DNA of 22,921 bases. It comes from a virus. The notes below the pieces were generated by a model. The model searched no databases. It saw only the letters and a list, made by a program, of their open reading frames with translations, and had not been told where the DNA came from. Below, in pieces: positions 1 through 7,957 of the stretch. Every line of letters begins with the position of its first letter. Within the stretch, counting starts at the first letter, position 1. Made by a program: the position numbers and the translations under genes. The DNA is taken from positions 1 to 22,921 of the IMG/VR virus record IMGVR_UViG_3300006903_000126; one strand, 5' to 3'.

Positions 1-340
1 TCTGTCCGCTCCGAGAAGGGTAGGTCGCATCCATCGCCTTGCGGAGCTTGTTGGTCGATGCCTGGAGATCGGTCTGACCCGCCGAGGCCGCGGTCGTGCT
101 GTCACCCACCCCGAGGTAGGCGTTCGCGTTGCTGAAGACGGTTCCGCCCGCACCGATGAGCAGATCCAGCATGAGTGCGATGCCCGCGTTGACGAGGATG
201 TTCCCCTCGCCTTCTACCACCTCGTAGGGCCGGAACTGGCTGAAGAACTGATCTTCGCGGCCAGCCCAGAGGCCGATGTCCTCTCGGTACTTCTCGACCC
301 GCCAGGCGGTGCGGTGCTTCGCGACTTCGACTGCGTCCAT
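1..340 (-). CDS. Hypothetical tail protein, N-terminal 113 codons only (gene runs off the window start). It is the first gene after the tape measure, so it is a candidate distal-tail or baseplate component.
   Basis: ATG at 340..338 lies 2 nt after the TMP stop (343..345), with GAGG 5 nt upstream. I translated the frame by hand and it stays open to position 2 (MDAVEVAKHRTAWRVEKYRED...GNILVNAGIALMLDLLIGAGG...YLGVGDSTTAASAGQTDLQ...). It is absent from the ORF track because it is truncated. Function is inferred from position only. Confidence 0.6.
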   Translation of the reverse strand, partial: MDAVEVAKHRTAWRVEKYREDIGLWAGREDQFFSQFRPYEVVEGEGNILVNAGIALMLDLLIGAGGTVFSNANAYLGVGDSTTAASAGQTDLQASTNKLRKAMDATYPSRSGQ

Positions 341-342
341 GC

Positions 343-3300
343 CTACCTCGTCGTTCTGAAGCCGAACTGCGAGGCTCGGCGTCCCATGTTGGTTTCGACA
401 ATACGCCCGACGCGCGTGGCGAGCTCGTCGAGATCGCGATCATCGCGGACCGAGTTGCCACTGATCGTGATGTAGATCGGCGAGAAGCTTCCACTCGCTC
501 CGCCTCCGCTAGTGCCCATACCCACCGGGTAGGGCCGCGGATTGCGGATGACCGCCACCAGCTCCTTGCCAGCCTCGCCAGCGTAACCGAGCGAGGTCGG
601 CTGCGTGACCTCACCCAGCATGCCAGCCGCATGGCCGCCCTCTCGCTGCTTGGCAGATGTATCACCGGGAATGCCGCTGCCGCCGCCTCCGCCGCCACCA
701 CCACCTCCGAAGAACCACGGCACCGAGGCACGGATCTCATCGAAGACCTTCTTCACCTGGTTGACGATGCCGACCGTGAACTGTCCCGTCTGCGTCATCA
801 GGTCGGTCGCGAACTGTGCCTCGGCCTTGAGGTACTGCTCTTCGGCGGACGCCTGGGCTGAGATGTCCGCCACGAGCTGGTCGCGCTGGGCCGCGATGGC
901 AGACTTGAGCTCCTCGAGCGCGGCCACCTCGACCTGGGTCTGGAACGCCTTCACCATCTCGGCGATCGCCGCAGCCTGGTCCGTGAAGGCCCGAGTATTC
1001 AGCGCATCCTGAAGCGCGACCTGGTTCTCAAACTGCTTCTTCGACAGCTCGTACTGCTGCTTGGCGAGGTCGAACTGCTGCTTCTGGAAGTCGAGCTGCT
1101 TCTGGGAGTAGTCCGCCTCGATCTTGGCCTCTTCGATGCGGGCCGCCCTCTCCTCCGGCGTGACTCCAGGCGCGGTGAAGCCCGCCACCGAGCGCTGGAA
1201 GTTGATCTGGCGCTGCTGGAGCTCGAACTGGAGCGACTGCGCCTGCTGCCCGATGAGCTGGCTCTTGAAGGCGAGCTTCTGGTTCTGGCGGCCCAGCAGC
1301 AGGTCGACGCGCTGGAGCACGCCGATCTCCGTCCCACCGCTGCGACCGATCAGCCCCGCGATGTCGCCCAGCGTGCGCTTGGCGATGAAGAGCTGGTGGT
1401 TGTACTGGCTGTACTGGAGGTCGAGCTGGAGGTTCGCCTGCTTCTGGCTGATCTGGTCGATGCGCTGCCCGAAGCCGCGCAGCTCGTTGATCGTGCCCTG
1501 CGGTACATGAAGCGTGTCGCGCAGGACCTTCTCACCCTCGGCGGCCTTGGCATTGACCGCATCGATGGCGGCCTGGGCTTCGCTCCGGTAGCGGCTGAAC
1601 GAAGCGATCGCCTCTGGCGGCACGCCCTTGAACTGGCCGCCGATCCCCGTGACCTGCCCCGGCACGTTGAGCTCGCCGCGGATTGTCTGAGGCAGGCCGC
1701 CGAATGGCAGCCGATCCGCGAGGTTGTTGAGCGGCACCACGCCACGACCAAAGGCCGCCTGCGGCTGCGCCAGGCTGCTCAGCGCACGCTGGGCGGGCAG
1801 GAAGGTTCGGAGCTGGAGGCCAAGATCGGCGTTGATCCCGGCCCGGATGCCGCGGAGCTGGTCCTGCTGGCCCGCGATGATCTGCTCCGGTGTCCGGCGC
1901 GCGGCAGCCTTGCCGAGCTGTTCGGTGAGCACCGTGACCGCGACGGCATCCTTCTTGACGTCGCCAGTGAGGCCCTGGAGCGCGATGCCGCTGTTCTTGG
2001 CGGCATTGGCAAACTCCTGAAGATCAGCCGCCTGGAGCGCAGCAAAGGTCTTGTCGAGATCGGCGCCTCGGTCTTTTACCGCCCGGAGTCCAAGACCGGC
2101 CGCCTTCACATCATTCTGGAAGGTCTGGAACGCGGTCACATTCGGCTTGAATCCCGGCGTGCCAGCGGGTCCCTTCTCGGGTCCAAAGATGGGCTCCAGA
2201 AGCGCACGTATCTGGGTCTCGATAGGAGACCTAAGCGCCGTTTCCCCCGGTCCTGGGGGCGCTGTCCCGAGCCCCTGCCCCGCAAGATCGAGCTGTCGTG
2301 CGATCGCTTCTTGGGTGCTCTGCACCGGAGCGAACAACGACGTGTTGAAGAGGCCACCGGAGGAGGTGTAAATGTCTGGGTTGGTACTGAACCGCGTCCG
2401 CCCCCCGCCTCGCGGACCGAGGTTGCCCGACTCCGCGTTCTGGATGTTGACGGCAGCGGCCGTTTCTTCCGTCCGCCCCTGGATCGCGAGTGCTCCGGCC
2501 TGCGTCTCAGCTCGACGCTGGAGGGCTGGGGCGAGCAGCGCCGCATTGGCCCTGGTCAGATTCTTGGTGGCGAGCTCCTGCTCGACCAGCATCTTGACGT
2601 TGCCGCCCTGCTGCTTCTGCTGCTCGGCCAGGTTGTTGGTGATGGCGGCGCTGACGTTCTGGTAGCCCAGCGACCGCTCCACGAGCGGCGACAGCGCCTT
2701 GAAAGCGAGGGCCGATGCACCAGCCACGGCGCCCAGCGCCGTGCCGAAGGCAAGCGTGCCTCCGATGGATCCGACGAGGCTCTTGCCGAGGTTGGCAAGC
2801 TTCTCGCCGCCAGTCAGGCGAGCGAGCTGGCTGGCCTGGTTGACGAGGCCCTGCTGAGCCTCCTCGTTGGAGGCAATACGCTTGCCGATCTCCTTCTGGT
2901 CCTCGACCAGGGACGTGAGCAAGCCCTTCTCGACCTTAGTGAGCTTGCCGCCCTTCTCCTTCTTCGCGTTGATGTTGTCGAGCTGGGCGGCGTTGATCGA
3001 CTGGAGCTTGTTGAGCCGCTCGGTGTCGGTGGCGAATCCGCCTGCCTGCGTCAACAGCTCTCCAGCCCGCTGGAAGCGAGCGGTGATCTTGCCCCGGCCA
3101 CCGCCAGCCGCCAACTGCGCGACCGACGTTGCGAATCCGCGGATCGGGAGGCCCTGCCGTGCCTGAGCAAGCTGCTCCTCGACCGCCTGGCGAGCTCGAT
3201 CAAGACCCGTGGGCTCGGCCGCCAACGGCGGGTTGAGAATGCCCTCGGCCTGCTCGGGTGTCAGGGTCCCCGCCTGGATAGCTCGCAGTGCCTCTGTGCG

Positions 3301-5241
3301 CGGCGTACCGGCAAGTCTGGCCTTCGGGGTAGCCGGTTGCTTCTTGCCGCCGCCTGGCGGTGTGACGCCGAGTTTCTGCGCCGCCTCCTGAACATCCTCG
3401 CGCGCCTGCTGGAACATGCGCTCGAAGTCCTTCGAGGTCGGCTGTACCCCTGCGGCGGCCACCGAGCCGCCCTGCTCGAATCCACCGGGCCAGTTCATCA
3501 CCTCGACCGGCACCGGCCCACCGCCATGTCCGCCGAAGAATGGGATACCGCCGCCGCCACCGCCGCCCTCCACGGCTCCGGCCACTGCCAGATGCGGGAA
3601 CTCGAACACCTGACCAGCAGGAGCGGCAGCCACCTCCGCGGGTGCCTCTGGGGCTCCGGCGGCCCATGGCATCGGTTCGGCGGGTCCTAGGGCAGCCGCG
3701 CGCGCGACATCGCGAGCCACACGCTGCCTCTGGCCGCGGCGGGGGCGCCTCGGGCGTGCGGCCGCTGTCGCCTGGGTCTGGCCCTCCATGATCGCGCCTT
3801 GGAGGCTCTGGAGCACCTGCGCCTCGAGGACGAAGGCGGCCTGCGCCTCGGCGTGCGGACCGGGTCGAATCTCCTTGGTCGGATCGAGCGCGTTGGAGAC
3901 GGTCCGCGGCCCAACGCCGGGGATCAGACCTGCCCTACCGCGTGCGAGAAGCTGGTCGAGCGCACCGCGGATCCCGGATCCCGCCTCGCCTGGCCCTACA
4001 TGCCTGCCGAGCGCACCCGCGACGTCGCCCTTCTTGAGCGCAGCAAGCCCCTGCTCGAAGGCATCCCCGAACGTGAATGGCAGGCCCTTGATGGTGCGGA
4101 CCAGCTCGTCCATGGGCGATGCCGTGCGACCGGCTGCCACGCGTTCGACACGCGCTGCACGGCGTCCTTCGATCTCTTCCGGAGTGAGATCGAGGCCCGG
4201 CTGGAGGAAGGACATCTGAGTCCGCTGGCCGCGATCGCGTCCGCGGCGGTTCTCCTGGTAGGCGGTCCGACTGATAAACCGTCCGTTCAGGCCCCGGAAC
4301 CGGCCCGTACCTTGATCGAGCCCCTCCTGCGGGAACTCACCACCAACAAAGGCAGGAGTGCTGAGCTGTCGCCGCGAGACGTTCTGGTAGAAGATCCGAG
4401 CGACCTTCTCCCAGTCAGTCGGACCTGTTGGCAGCCCGACGTTCGGCGAGATGAGCCCACCGCGGTTGGGTCGAGTGGGAGCCTCGGCAGTCGACGTAGC
4501 CGTGCCTCCCGCAGTGCGGGGCGCACCAATGACGCTGACGAACGGCATCGCGCCAAGCTGCTTGTCGATCTCCGCGAGTGCCTTGGCGGCCTTGGTCCGC
4601 GTCTGCTGCTTGTTCGCAGTGTTTGCACGCTGAAGCAGGACAACGCGGCTGTTCAGTAGCCGGTTCTCCCACTCGGTCTGTGCCTCGTCAGCTTGGCGCT
4701 GGAAGCTCGCCAGCCGGGTGCTGACGCCGCTCCGCACCCCCGCAGCCGTCCTGGGTGCCGAAGGGGGCGCAGCGGCCCGCGCAGGGCCTCCTGCGACGCT
4801 TCCACCGGGGGTGCCGCCGTGTCCGCCGAAAATCCCCGCTGCGGAGCCACCACCTGCCCATTGCGGGTTGAGGATGACCGTGATCTCCGGCGTGCCGATC
4901 GAGTCGACGATGGCCTGCCTGATCCGCTTCCCCTCGGCCTGGGTAATGGCCTTGATGGAGATTGGGACCGGCAGGCCACCCTCGCGGGCCATGGCGTCCT
5001 TGAAGTCGCGCCGGATGGTGCGGATCGTGTCGCGGGTGGGATGCAGGGCAACGTCGACCGAGACCCTGGTCTGCCGGATCTCCTTCAAGACCCGATCGAC
5101 CGAAGCGTCCTTGACGACGGACAGCTTCATCTGAAGGGTCTTGTTCTCAAGACCCTTCACTGCCGTGTTGAACGCGTTCTTGATCTCGGAGGCGTCGGCC
5201 GTGACCTTGACGCCGATGCCCTTGATCTGTTCGCCCGCCAT
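343..5241 (-). CDS. Tail tape measure protein (1632 aa)
   Basis: Largest ORF, directly downstream of the G/GT chaperone pair, with GAGG about 8 nt before ATG 5241. It has long Q/A/L/E-rich helical-looking stretches (e.g. QKQLDFQKQQFDLAKQQYELSKKQFENQ). It also has a Gly/Ala hydrophobic segment (SLVGSIGGTLAFGTALGAVAGASALAF). The C-terminal GYAGEAGKELV resembles the GE.GPE-type motif I recall near TMP C-termini. No lysozyme or peptidase motif recognised. Confidence 0.85.
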   Translation of the reverse strand: MAGEQIKGIGVKVTADASEIKNAFNTAVKGLENKTLQMKLSVVKDASVDRVLKEIRQTRVSVDVALHPTRDTIRTIRRDFKDAMAREGGLPVPISIKAITQAEGKRIRQAIVDSIGTPEITVILNPQWAGGGSAAGIFGGHGGTPGGSVAGGPARAAAPPSAPRTAAGVRSGVSTRLASFQRQADEAQTEWENRLLNSRVVLLQRANTANKQQTRTKAAKALAEIDKQLGAMPFVSVIGAPRTAGGTATSTAEAPTRPNRGGLISPNVGLPTGPTDWEKVARIFYQNVSRRQLSTPAFVGGEFPQEGLDQGTGRFRGLNGRFISRTAYQENRRGRDRGQRTQMSFLQPGLDLTPEEIEGRRAARVERVAAGRTASPMDELVRTIKGLPFTFGDAFEQGLAALKKGDVAGALGRHVGPGEAGSGIRGALDQLLARGRAGLIPGVGPRTVSNALDPTKEIRPGPHAEAQAAFVLEAQVLQSLQGAIMEGQTQATAAARPRRPRRGQRQRVARDVARAAALGPAEPMPWAAGAPEAPAEVAAAPAGQVFEFPHLAVAGAVEGGGGGGGIPFFGGHGGGPVPVEVMNWPGGFEQGGSVAAAGVQPTSKDFERMFQQAREDVQEAAQKLGVTPPGGGKKQPATPKARLAGTPRTEALRAIQAGTLTPEQAEGILNPPLAAEPTGLDRARQAVEEQLAQARQGLPIRGFATSVAQLAAGGGRGKITARFQRAGELLTQAGGFATDTERLNKLQSINAAQLDNINAKKEKGGKLTKVEKGLLTSLVEDQKEIGKRIASNEEAQQGLVNQASQLARLTGGEKLANLGKSLVGSIGGTLAFGTALGAVAGASALAFKALSPLVERSLGYQNVSAAITNNLAEQQKQQGGNVKMLVEQELATKNLTRANAALLAPALQRRAETQAGALAIQGRTEETAAAVNIQNAESGNLGPRGGGRTRFSTNPDIYTSSGGLFNTSLFAPVQSTQEAIARQLDLAGQGLGTAPPGPGETALRSPIETQIRALLEPIFGPEKGPAGTPGFKPNVTAFQTFQNDVKAAGLGLRAVKDRGADLDKTFAALQAADLQEFANAAKNSGIALQGLTGDVKKDAVAVTVLTEQLGKAAARRTPEQIIAGQQDQLRGIRAGINADLGLQLRTFLPAQRALSSLAQPQAAFGRGVVPLNNLADRLPFGGLPQTIRGELNVPGQVTGIGGQFKGVPPEAIASFSRYRSEAQAAIDAVNAKAAEGEKVLRDTLHVPQGTINELRGFGQRIDQISQKQANLQLDLQYSQYNHQLFIAKRTLGDIAGLIGRSGGTEIGVLQRVDLLLGRQNQKLAFKSQLIGQQAQSLQFELQQRQINFQRSVAGFTAPGVTPEERAARIEEAKIEADYSQKQLDFQKQQFDLAKQQYELSKKQFENQVALQDALNTRAFTDQAAAIAEMVKAFQTQVEVAALEELKSAIAAQRDQLVADISAQASAEEQYLKAEAQFATDLMTQTGQFTVGIVNQVKKVFDEIRASVPWFFGGGGGGGGGGSGIPGDTSAKQREGGHAAGMLGEVTQPTSLGYAGEAGKELVAVIRNPRPYPVGMGTSGGGASGSFSPIYITISGNSVRDDRDLDELATRVGRIVETNMGRRASQFGFRTTR
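679..708 (-). repeat. Gly10 run (ten consecutive GGN codons) in the C-terminal part of the tape measure
   Basis: Codons read by hand: GGA GGT GGT GGT GGC GGC GGA GGC GGC GGC, preceded by W-F-F (709..717) and followed by SGIPGD. The codons are mixed, so this is not a pure nucleotide microsatellite. Confidence 0.9.
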
Positions 5242-5246
5242 GGGCT

Positions 5247-5510
5247 TTACCTCACCCGCTCGAACGATTCAGTCTCCCAGGACGGGGTGTCCTCGGAGCC
5301 CTCGACCCACCAGCGCGGTGTGCCGTCGTCTGCCTCTTCTTCGTCCCGAGAGCCGCCATACGACTCCACCTTGCGGATCCAAAGAAGGTAGGCGCGATAT
5401 TTCTTGTACTTCCGGGTGGGCCAGTGCGACACATCGGCCGCGCTGCCCACCTGCGGGAATGCCCGGGCGATCTCCATGAAGAAGATCTGGCCCCAGGTCA
5501 GGAGTTTGGG
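5247..5510 (-). CDS. T-extension of the tail assembly chaperone, expressed only as a G-T fusion after a -1 frameshift
   Basis: The -1 frame relative to the G ORF is open across the last codons of G and continues to TAA at 5247..5249, 5 nt before the TMP start. It contains track ORF 5247..5477. Predicted junction: ...EGPDLPN-LLTWGQIFFMEIARAF... Confidence 0.65.
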   Translation of the reverse strand, partial: PKLLTWGQIFFMEIARAFPQVGSAADVSHWPTRKYKKYRAYLLWIRKVESYGGSRDEEEADDGTPRWWVEGSEDTPSWETESFERVR

Positions 5511-5914
5511 AGGTCTGGTCCCTCCGGCTTCTTCTTCGCGTCAGCAGCCGCGGCCTTGGCCTCGGCCTTCTTGCGATCGGCCTTCTCCTCGTCGGTCTCC
5601 ATCTCGACGTAGTGCAGGCGACGCACGTCGTTCTGGACCCGGTTCACGACGGGGAACTTCTCCTTGCCCCAGGCATCGGGATTCAGCTCCTCACCGTCGA
5701 CCCTGACCGCCTTGAGCGTCAGGAACTTGGTGAGCAGGGCCATGTCCGTGGTGCCCTCTTCCTCGTTGGTCGCCAGGCGCGCGGCGTCTTCGTAGTCGCC
5801 CGCCTCGACCTCGTTGATCTCATACAGCTTGCCGCGGATGTGGTAGCTGATGGTGCCTGGCTGCTCGACCTCTGCGAGCGTGGAGACTTCTTTCAGGTTG
5901 GTTCTACCGGCCAC
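5498..5914 (-). CDS. Tail assembly chaperone (gpG-like), 138 aa, GTG start
   Basis: GTG at 5914 is preceded by GAAGGAG 7 nt upstream. The protein is acidic with a Lys/Ala-rich tail. It sits immediately upstream of the TMP and overlaps a -1 frame ORF, which is the conserved G/GT arrangement of long-tailed phages. Confidence 0.75.
   Translation of the reverse strand: MAGRTNLKEVSTLAEVEQPGTISYHIRGKLYEINEVEAGDYEDAARLATNEEEGTTDMALLTKFLTLKAVRVDGEELNPDAWGKEKFPVVNRVQNDVRRLHYVEMETDEEKADRKKAEAKAAAADAKKKPEGPDLPNS
5504..5510 (-). promoter_or_regulatory. -1 programmed ribosomal frameshift slippery heptamer C_CCA_AAC
   Basis: The plus strand reads gtttggg at 5504..5510, which is CCCAAAC on the coding strand. 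The zero-frame phasing is CTC CCA AAC TCC TGA, giving X_XXY_YYZ two codons before the G stop. A candidate stimulatory stem-loop lies about 10 nt downstream at 5465..5493 (GGGC/GCCC plus GATCT/AGATC with a 2-nt bulge). Confidence 0.7.
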
Positions 5915-6228
5915 AGGTTCACTCCTTCTGACTGTAGGGTCCGACCTGTCAGCACCATTCGCTGGCCTTCGATCGGTTCTACCCGGAACAGCTCTGAGCC
6001 CACCTTGATGGTGAGCCGCTTGGTGAAGCGCGGGTCGTCGTACAGGCCGCGATGCAGGTACGACAAAACGGCATGAAAGTGGTAGACCACAGGCTTGCCC
6101 TGCTGCTGACCACTCTCATGCCGTTTCAGTACCCAATATCCGTCCTTGCCATCGAAACGTCCGACGACGGCGCCCATGGATGGGATCGACACGTCTCCGT
6201 GTTTCCCACGAATCTGCCCGAAGGGCAT
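5893..6228 (-). CDS. Hypothetical protein (111 aa) between the major tail and chaperone genes
   Basis: ATG at 6228 with AGGAGAAGGA just upstream. High GC3. Its 3' end overlaps the G start by 22 nt and contains the G Shine-Dalgarno sequence. No family recognised. Confidence 0.6.
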   Translation of the reverse strand: MPFGQIRGKHGDVSIPSMGAVVGRFDGKDGYWVLKRHESGQQQGKPVVYHFHAVLSYLHRGLYDDPRFTKRLTIKVGSELFRVEPIEGQRMVLTGRTLQSEGVNLWPVEPT

Positions 6229-6256
6229 TGGTCCTTCTCCTGTCGGAGTTGAGGTT

Positions 6257-6290
6257 GGGGGCGGAGACGTCCTGCTTCCCCTCCGCCCCC
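6257..6290 (-). terminator. GC-rich stem-loop after the major tail gene. It could be a leaky terminator, attenuator or mRNA 3' stabiliser. There is no U-tract.
   Basis: Perfect 10-bp inverted repeat gggggcggag (6257..6266) / ctccgccccc (6281..6290) with a 14-nt loop. It starts 14 nt after the MTP stop, inside one of only three intergenic gaps longer than 70 nt. Confidence 0.4.
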
Positions 6291-6304
6291 GTTGGCAGCG
6301 GCTC

Positions 6305-6730
6305 TTACAGGCCGCTCAGCACGGTCCAGGCCGCCGCAGCCCGGAAGTTGCCGCTGCACCGAATCGCGTCCGCGTTGGACGCGTTGATCGAGCTGTCGAA
6401 GAGACCCGGCCCATGCGCGAGCAGGATCTCGAAGCCGTCCCGATCGTCGGCGTACAGGTAGACCGGCGTCTCGTCCTCGTCGGTCAGGTTGACCAGGAGG
6501 TCGCCCGACACATCCATGAGCCCTTCCCAGGTCCCGGAGACGTCCTTCAGGCCCGTGAGGTAGGTCTTGTTCGTGTCGCCAAAGGTGGTGGCCTCGACGT
6601 AGTCGCGGCCCAGGTTCAGGGTGTAGCCCGCCTTGGCTGCCACCTTGACCGCTCCCGGTCCACCCTTGGGGTTGTTCAGATAGATCGCCCCGTTCTTGCC
6701 GTGGATCTTCTTGCCTTCGTTGGCAGCCAT
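6305..6730 (-). CDS. Major tail (tube) protein, 141 aa
   Basis: Lies between the tail terminator and the chaperones. AGGGAG is 5 nt before ATG 6730. The beta-rich sequence GKNGAIYL...LGRDYVEATTFGDTNKTYLTGLKDVSGTWEG matches the pattern I recall for siphovirus tail-tube proteins. A strong hairpin follows, as is common after abundant structural genes. Confidence 0.7.
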   Translation of the reverse strand: MAANEGKKIHGKNGAIYLNNPKGGPGAVKVAAKAGYTLNLGRDYVEATTFGDTNKTYLTGLKDVSGTWEGLMDVSGDLLVNLTDEDETPVYLYADDRDGFEILLAHGPGLFDSSINASNADAIRCSGNFRAAAAWTVLSGL

Positions 6731-6739
6731 GGTATCTCC

Positions 6740-7192
6740 CTACTCGTATTCCGCTTCCAGGTTGTTCTGGTCTACCCAGATGGAATAGGTCGCCCCCTTG
6801 CGAGCAACCTTCTTCCCCTCGGCATTCCGATCAGACGGGAGCGCGAGCTCCTCCGAGCGGCTGACGATTAGGGTGGTAAGCCCAGGGACCGAGAGCTCAC
6901 CGTCATCGAGCTCGTCGGTAATGAGCTGGTCGAGGGTTCTAGCCTCGTCCGGAACCATGGCGTAGGCGATGATGTCCCATCCCCCGACCAACATCGCCGA
7001 GCCCCAGGCCCTCTCGATCGGGAGAAAGGCCGGGGAGTACACGATGTAGGGATAGACGATCGTCTTGCGCGCGTTGACTCCCTCGTGGATGCCGCCGACG
7101 GCTGCGTCACTGATCGCGGTGTTGGCGCGAAGTTTCGCCACGAGGGCTTTCTCGACCGGACCGGAGGTTGGAGCGATGTTCCTCGGTGGCAT
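6740..7192 (-). CDS. Tail terminator / tail completion protein (DUF3168-like), 150 aa
   Basis: Immediately upstream of the major tail gene, with GGAGGG 6 nt before ATG 7192. The N-terminal pattern L..KL.A......AVGG.I..G.......YPYIVY resembles tail-terminator families as I remember them. Confidence 0.5.
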   Translation of the reverse strand: MPPRNIAPTSGPVEKALVAKLRANTAISDAAVGGIHEGVNARKTIVYPYIVYSPAFLPIERAWGSAMLVGGWDIIAYAMVPDEARTLDQLITDELDDGELSVPGLTTLIVSRSEELALPSDRNAEGKKVARKGATYSIWVDQNNLEAEYE

Positions 7193-7195
7193 CGC

Positions 7196-7954
7196 CTACC
7201 CTCCGACCCTTCTCATTTCCAGCTCGATGTTGCGAATCAGCCTCGGCCTCATCGCCTCTCGAGCTGGTCGAATGTATGGCTGCGCCGCAGTTCGCGAGGT
7301 GGGGAACTCGACGTACTGGGCGTATTCGGTGGGGCTCTCCAGGATCCCCTCCGCGATCCCACCCCTCGTCGCGAACGATGTGATCTTCGAGTTGATCTCT
7401 CCCCGCAGTCGACCCCCCAGGGTCGATCGCTCGGCATGTCGGAGGGTGGTTCCCACCATGGCCGTGAGCTGCCGGGTGTAGACCCCGCGGCCGCTCCTGA
7501 GCTCGTAGTTGCCCCTCGAGCTGAGAAGCTGAGCGAACCGCTCGTTCCGCATCTTCGGCTCACCGCTCTCGGTGTACCTGACATCTCGCCCTGTCTCGCC
7601 GCCCAGCTTGTAGGTTTTGCCCCTGATGCGAGCGGTTGGAACCAGCCTCGCTGCTCCGGCAATGCGGGTCGTCGTCCTCGGTAGCTCCCCGGTCCGTATC
7701 GATCTGCCAGTGACCGGATTGAGACCCTTCCGGGCGAAGTCCGGCAGCTCGGCGATCTCTCCCTGGGTGAGCTCCCGTGTCCGTGCGGGCACGCCGCGCC
7801 GTGTGACCTTCCGCACAGGAGCCTTGCGCTTGGCGAACGTCTCACCGTAGGCCAGCGTGTTGCTGACAGCCTCATCAAGCGCATCGTAGATGCCGTTCTC
7901 GATGCTCCTCATCGATTCGGCACTGGCCGTGACCTCGAGAACCACCCGGACCAT
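7196..7954 (-). CDS. HK97 gp10-like neck / tail-attachment protein with a ~130-aa Arg-rich insertion (252 aa)
   Basis: The N-terminal ...AKRKAP and C-terminal YAQYVEFPTSRTAAQPYIRPA match the remembered HK97 gp10-family signature (YA..vEfGt....a.PF..PA). The segment around 7421..7813 is extra. GGGAGAG lies upstream of ATG 7954. Confidence 0.5.
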   Translation of the reverse strand: MVRVVLEVTASAESMRSIENGIYDALDEAVSNTLAYGETFAKRKAPVRKVTRRGVPARTRELTQGEIAELPDFARKGLNPVTGRSIRTGELPRTTTRIAGAARLVPTARIRGKTYKLGGETGRDVRYTESGEPKMRNERFAQLLSSRGNYELRSGRGVYTRQLTAMVGTTLRHAERSTLGGRLRGEINSKITSFATRGGIAEGILESPTEYAQYVEFPTSRTAAQPYIRPAREAMRPRLIRNIELEMRRVGG

Positions 7955-7957
7955 CGG

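Noticed and set aside
679-708. The Gly runs in the tape measure as collagen-like repeats, or as slippage-prone homopolymer tracts indicating phase variation.
   Set aside because: There is no G-X-Y periodicity. The codons are a GGA/GGT/GGC mixture rather than a uniform repeat, so simple strand slippage is unlikely.
102-740. Alternative-frame minus-strand ORFs nested in real genes: 102-740, 999-1337, 7249-7884, 10949-11425, 11200-11694, 14189-14665, 21349-21795 and others.
   Set aside because: These are out-of-frame overlaps of the tape measure, neck, fibre-like and GT genes. Their products are Arg/Ser/Pro-rich and their starts are unsupported. The 102-740 ORF also straddles the TMP stop and the next gene's start.
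1396-3690. Very long plus-strand ORFs: 1396-3690 (764 aa), 15964-17700 (578 aa), 14504-15718 (404 aa), 13171-14256 (361 aa), 3799-4659, 21886-22728 and many shorter ones.
   Set aside because: Each lies fully antisense to a minus-strand gene that has a recognisable fold or motif, an SD and high GC3. Their translations are Arg/Ala/Gly/Leu/Pro-rich low-complexity strings, typical of stop-poor antisense frames in high-GC DNA. None has a convincing SD.
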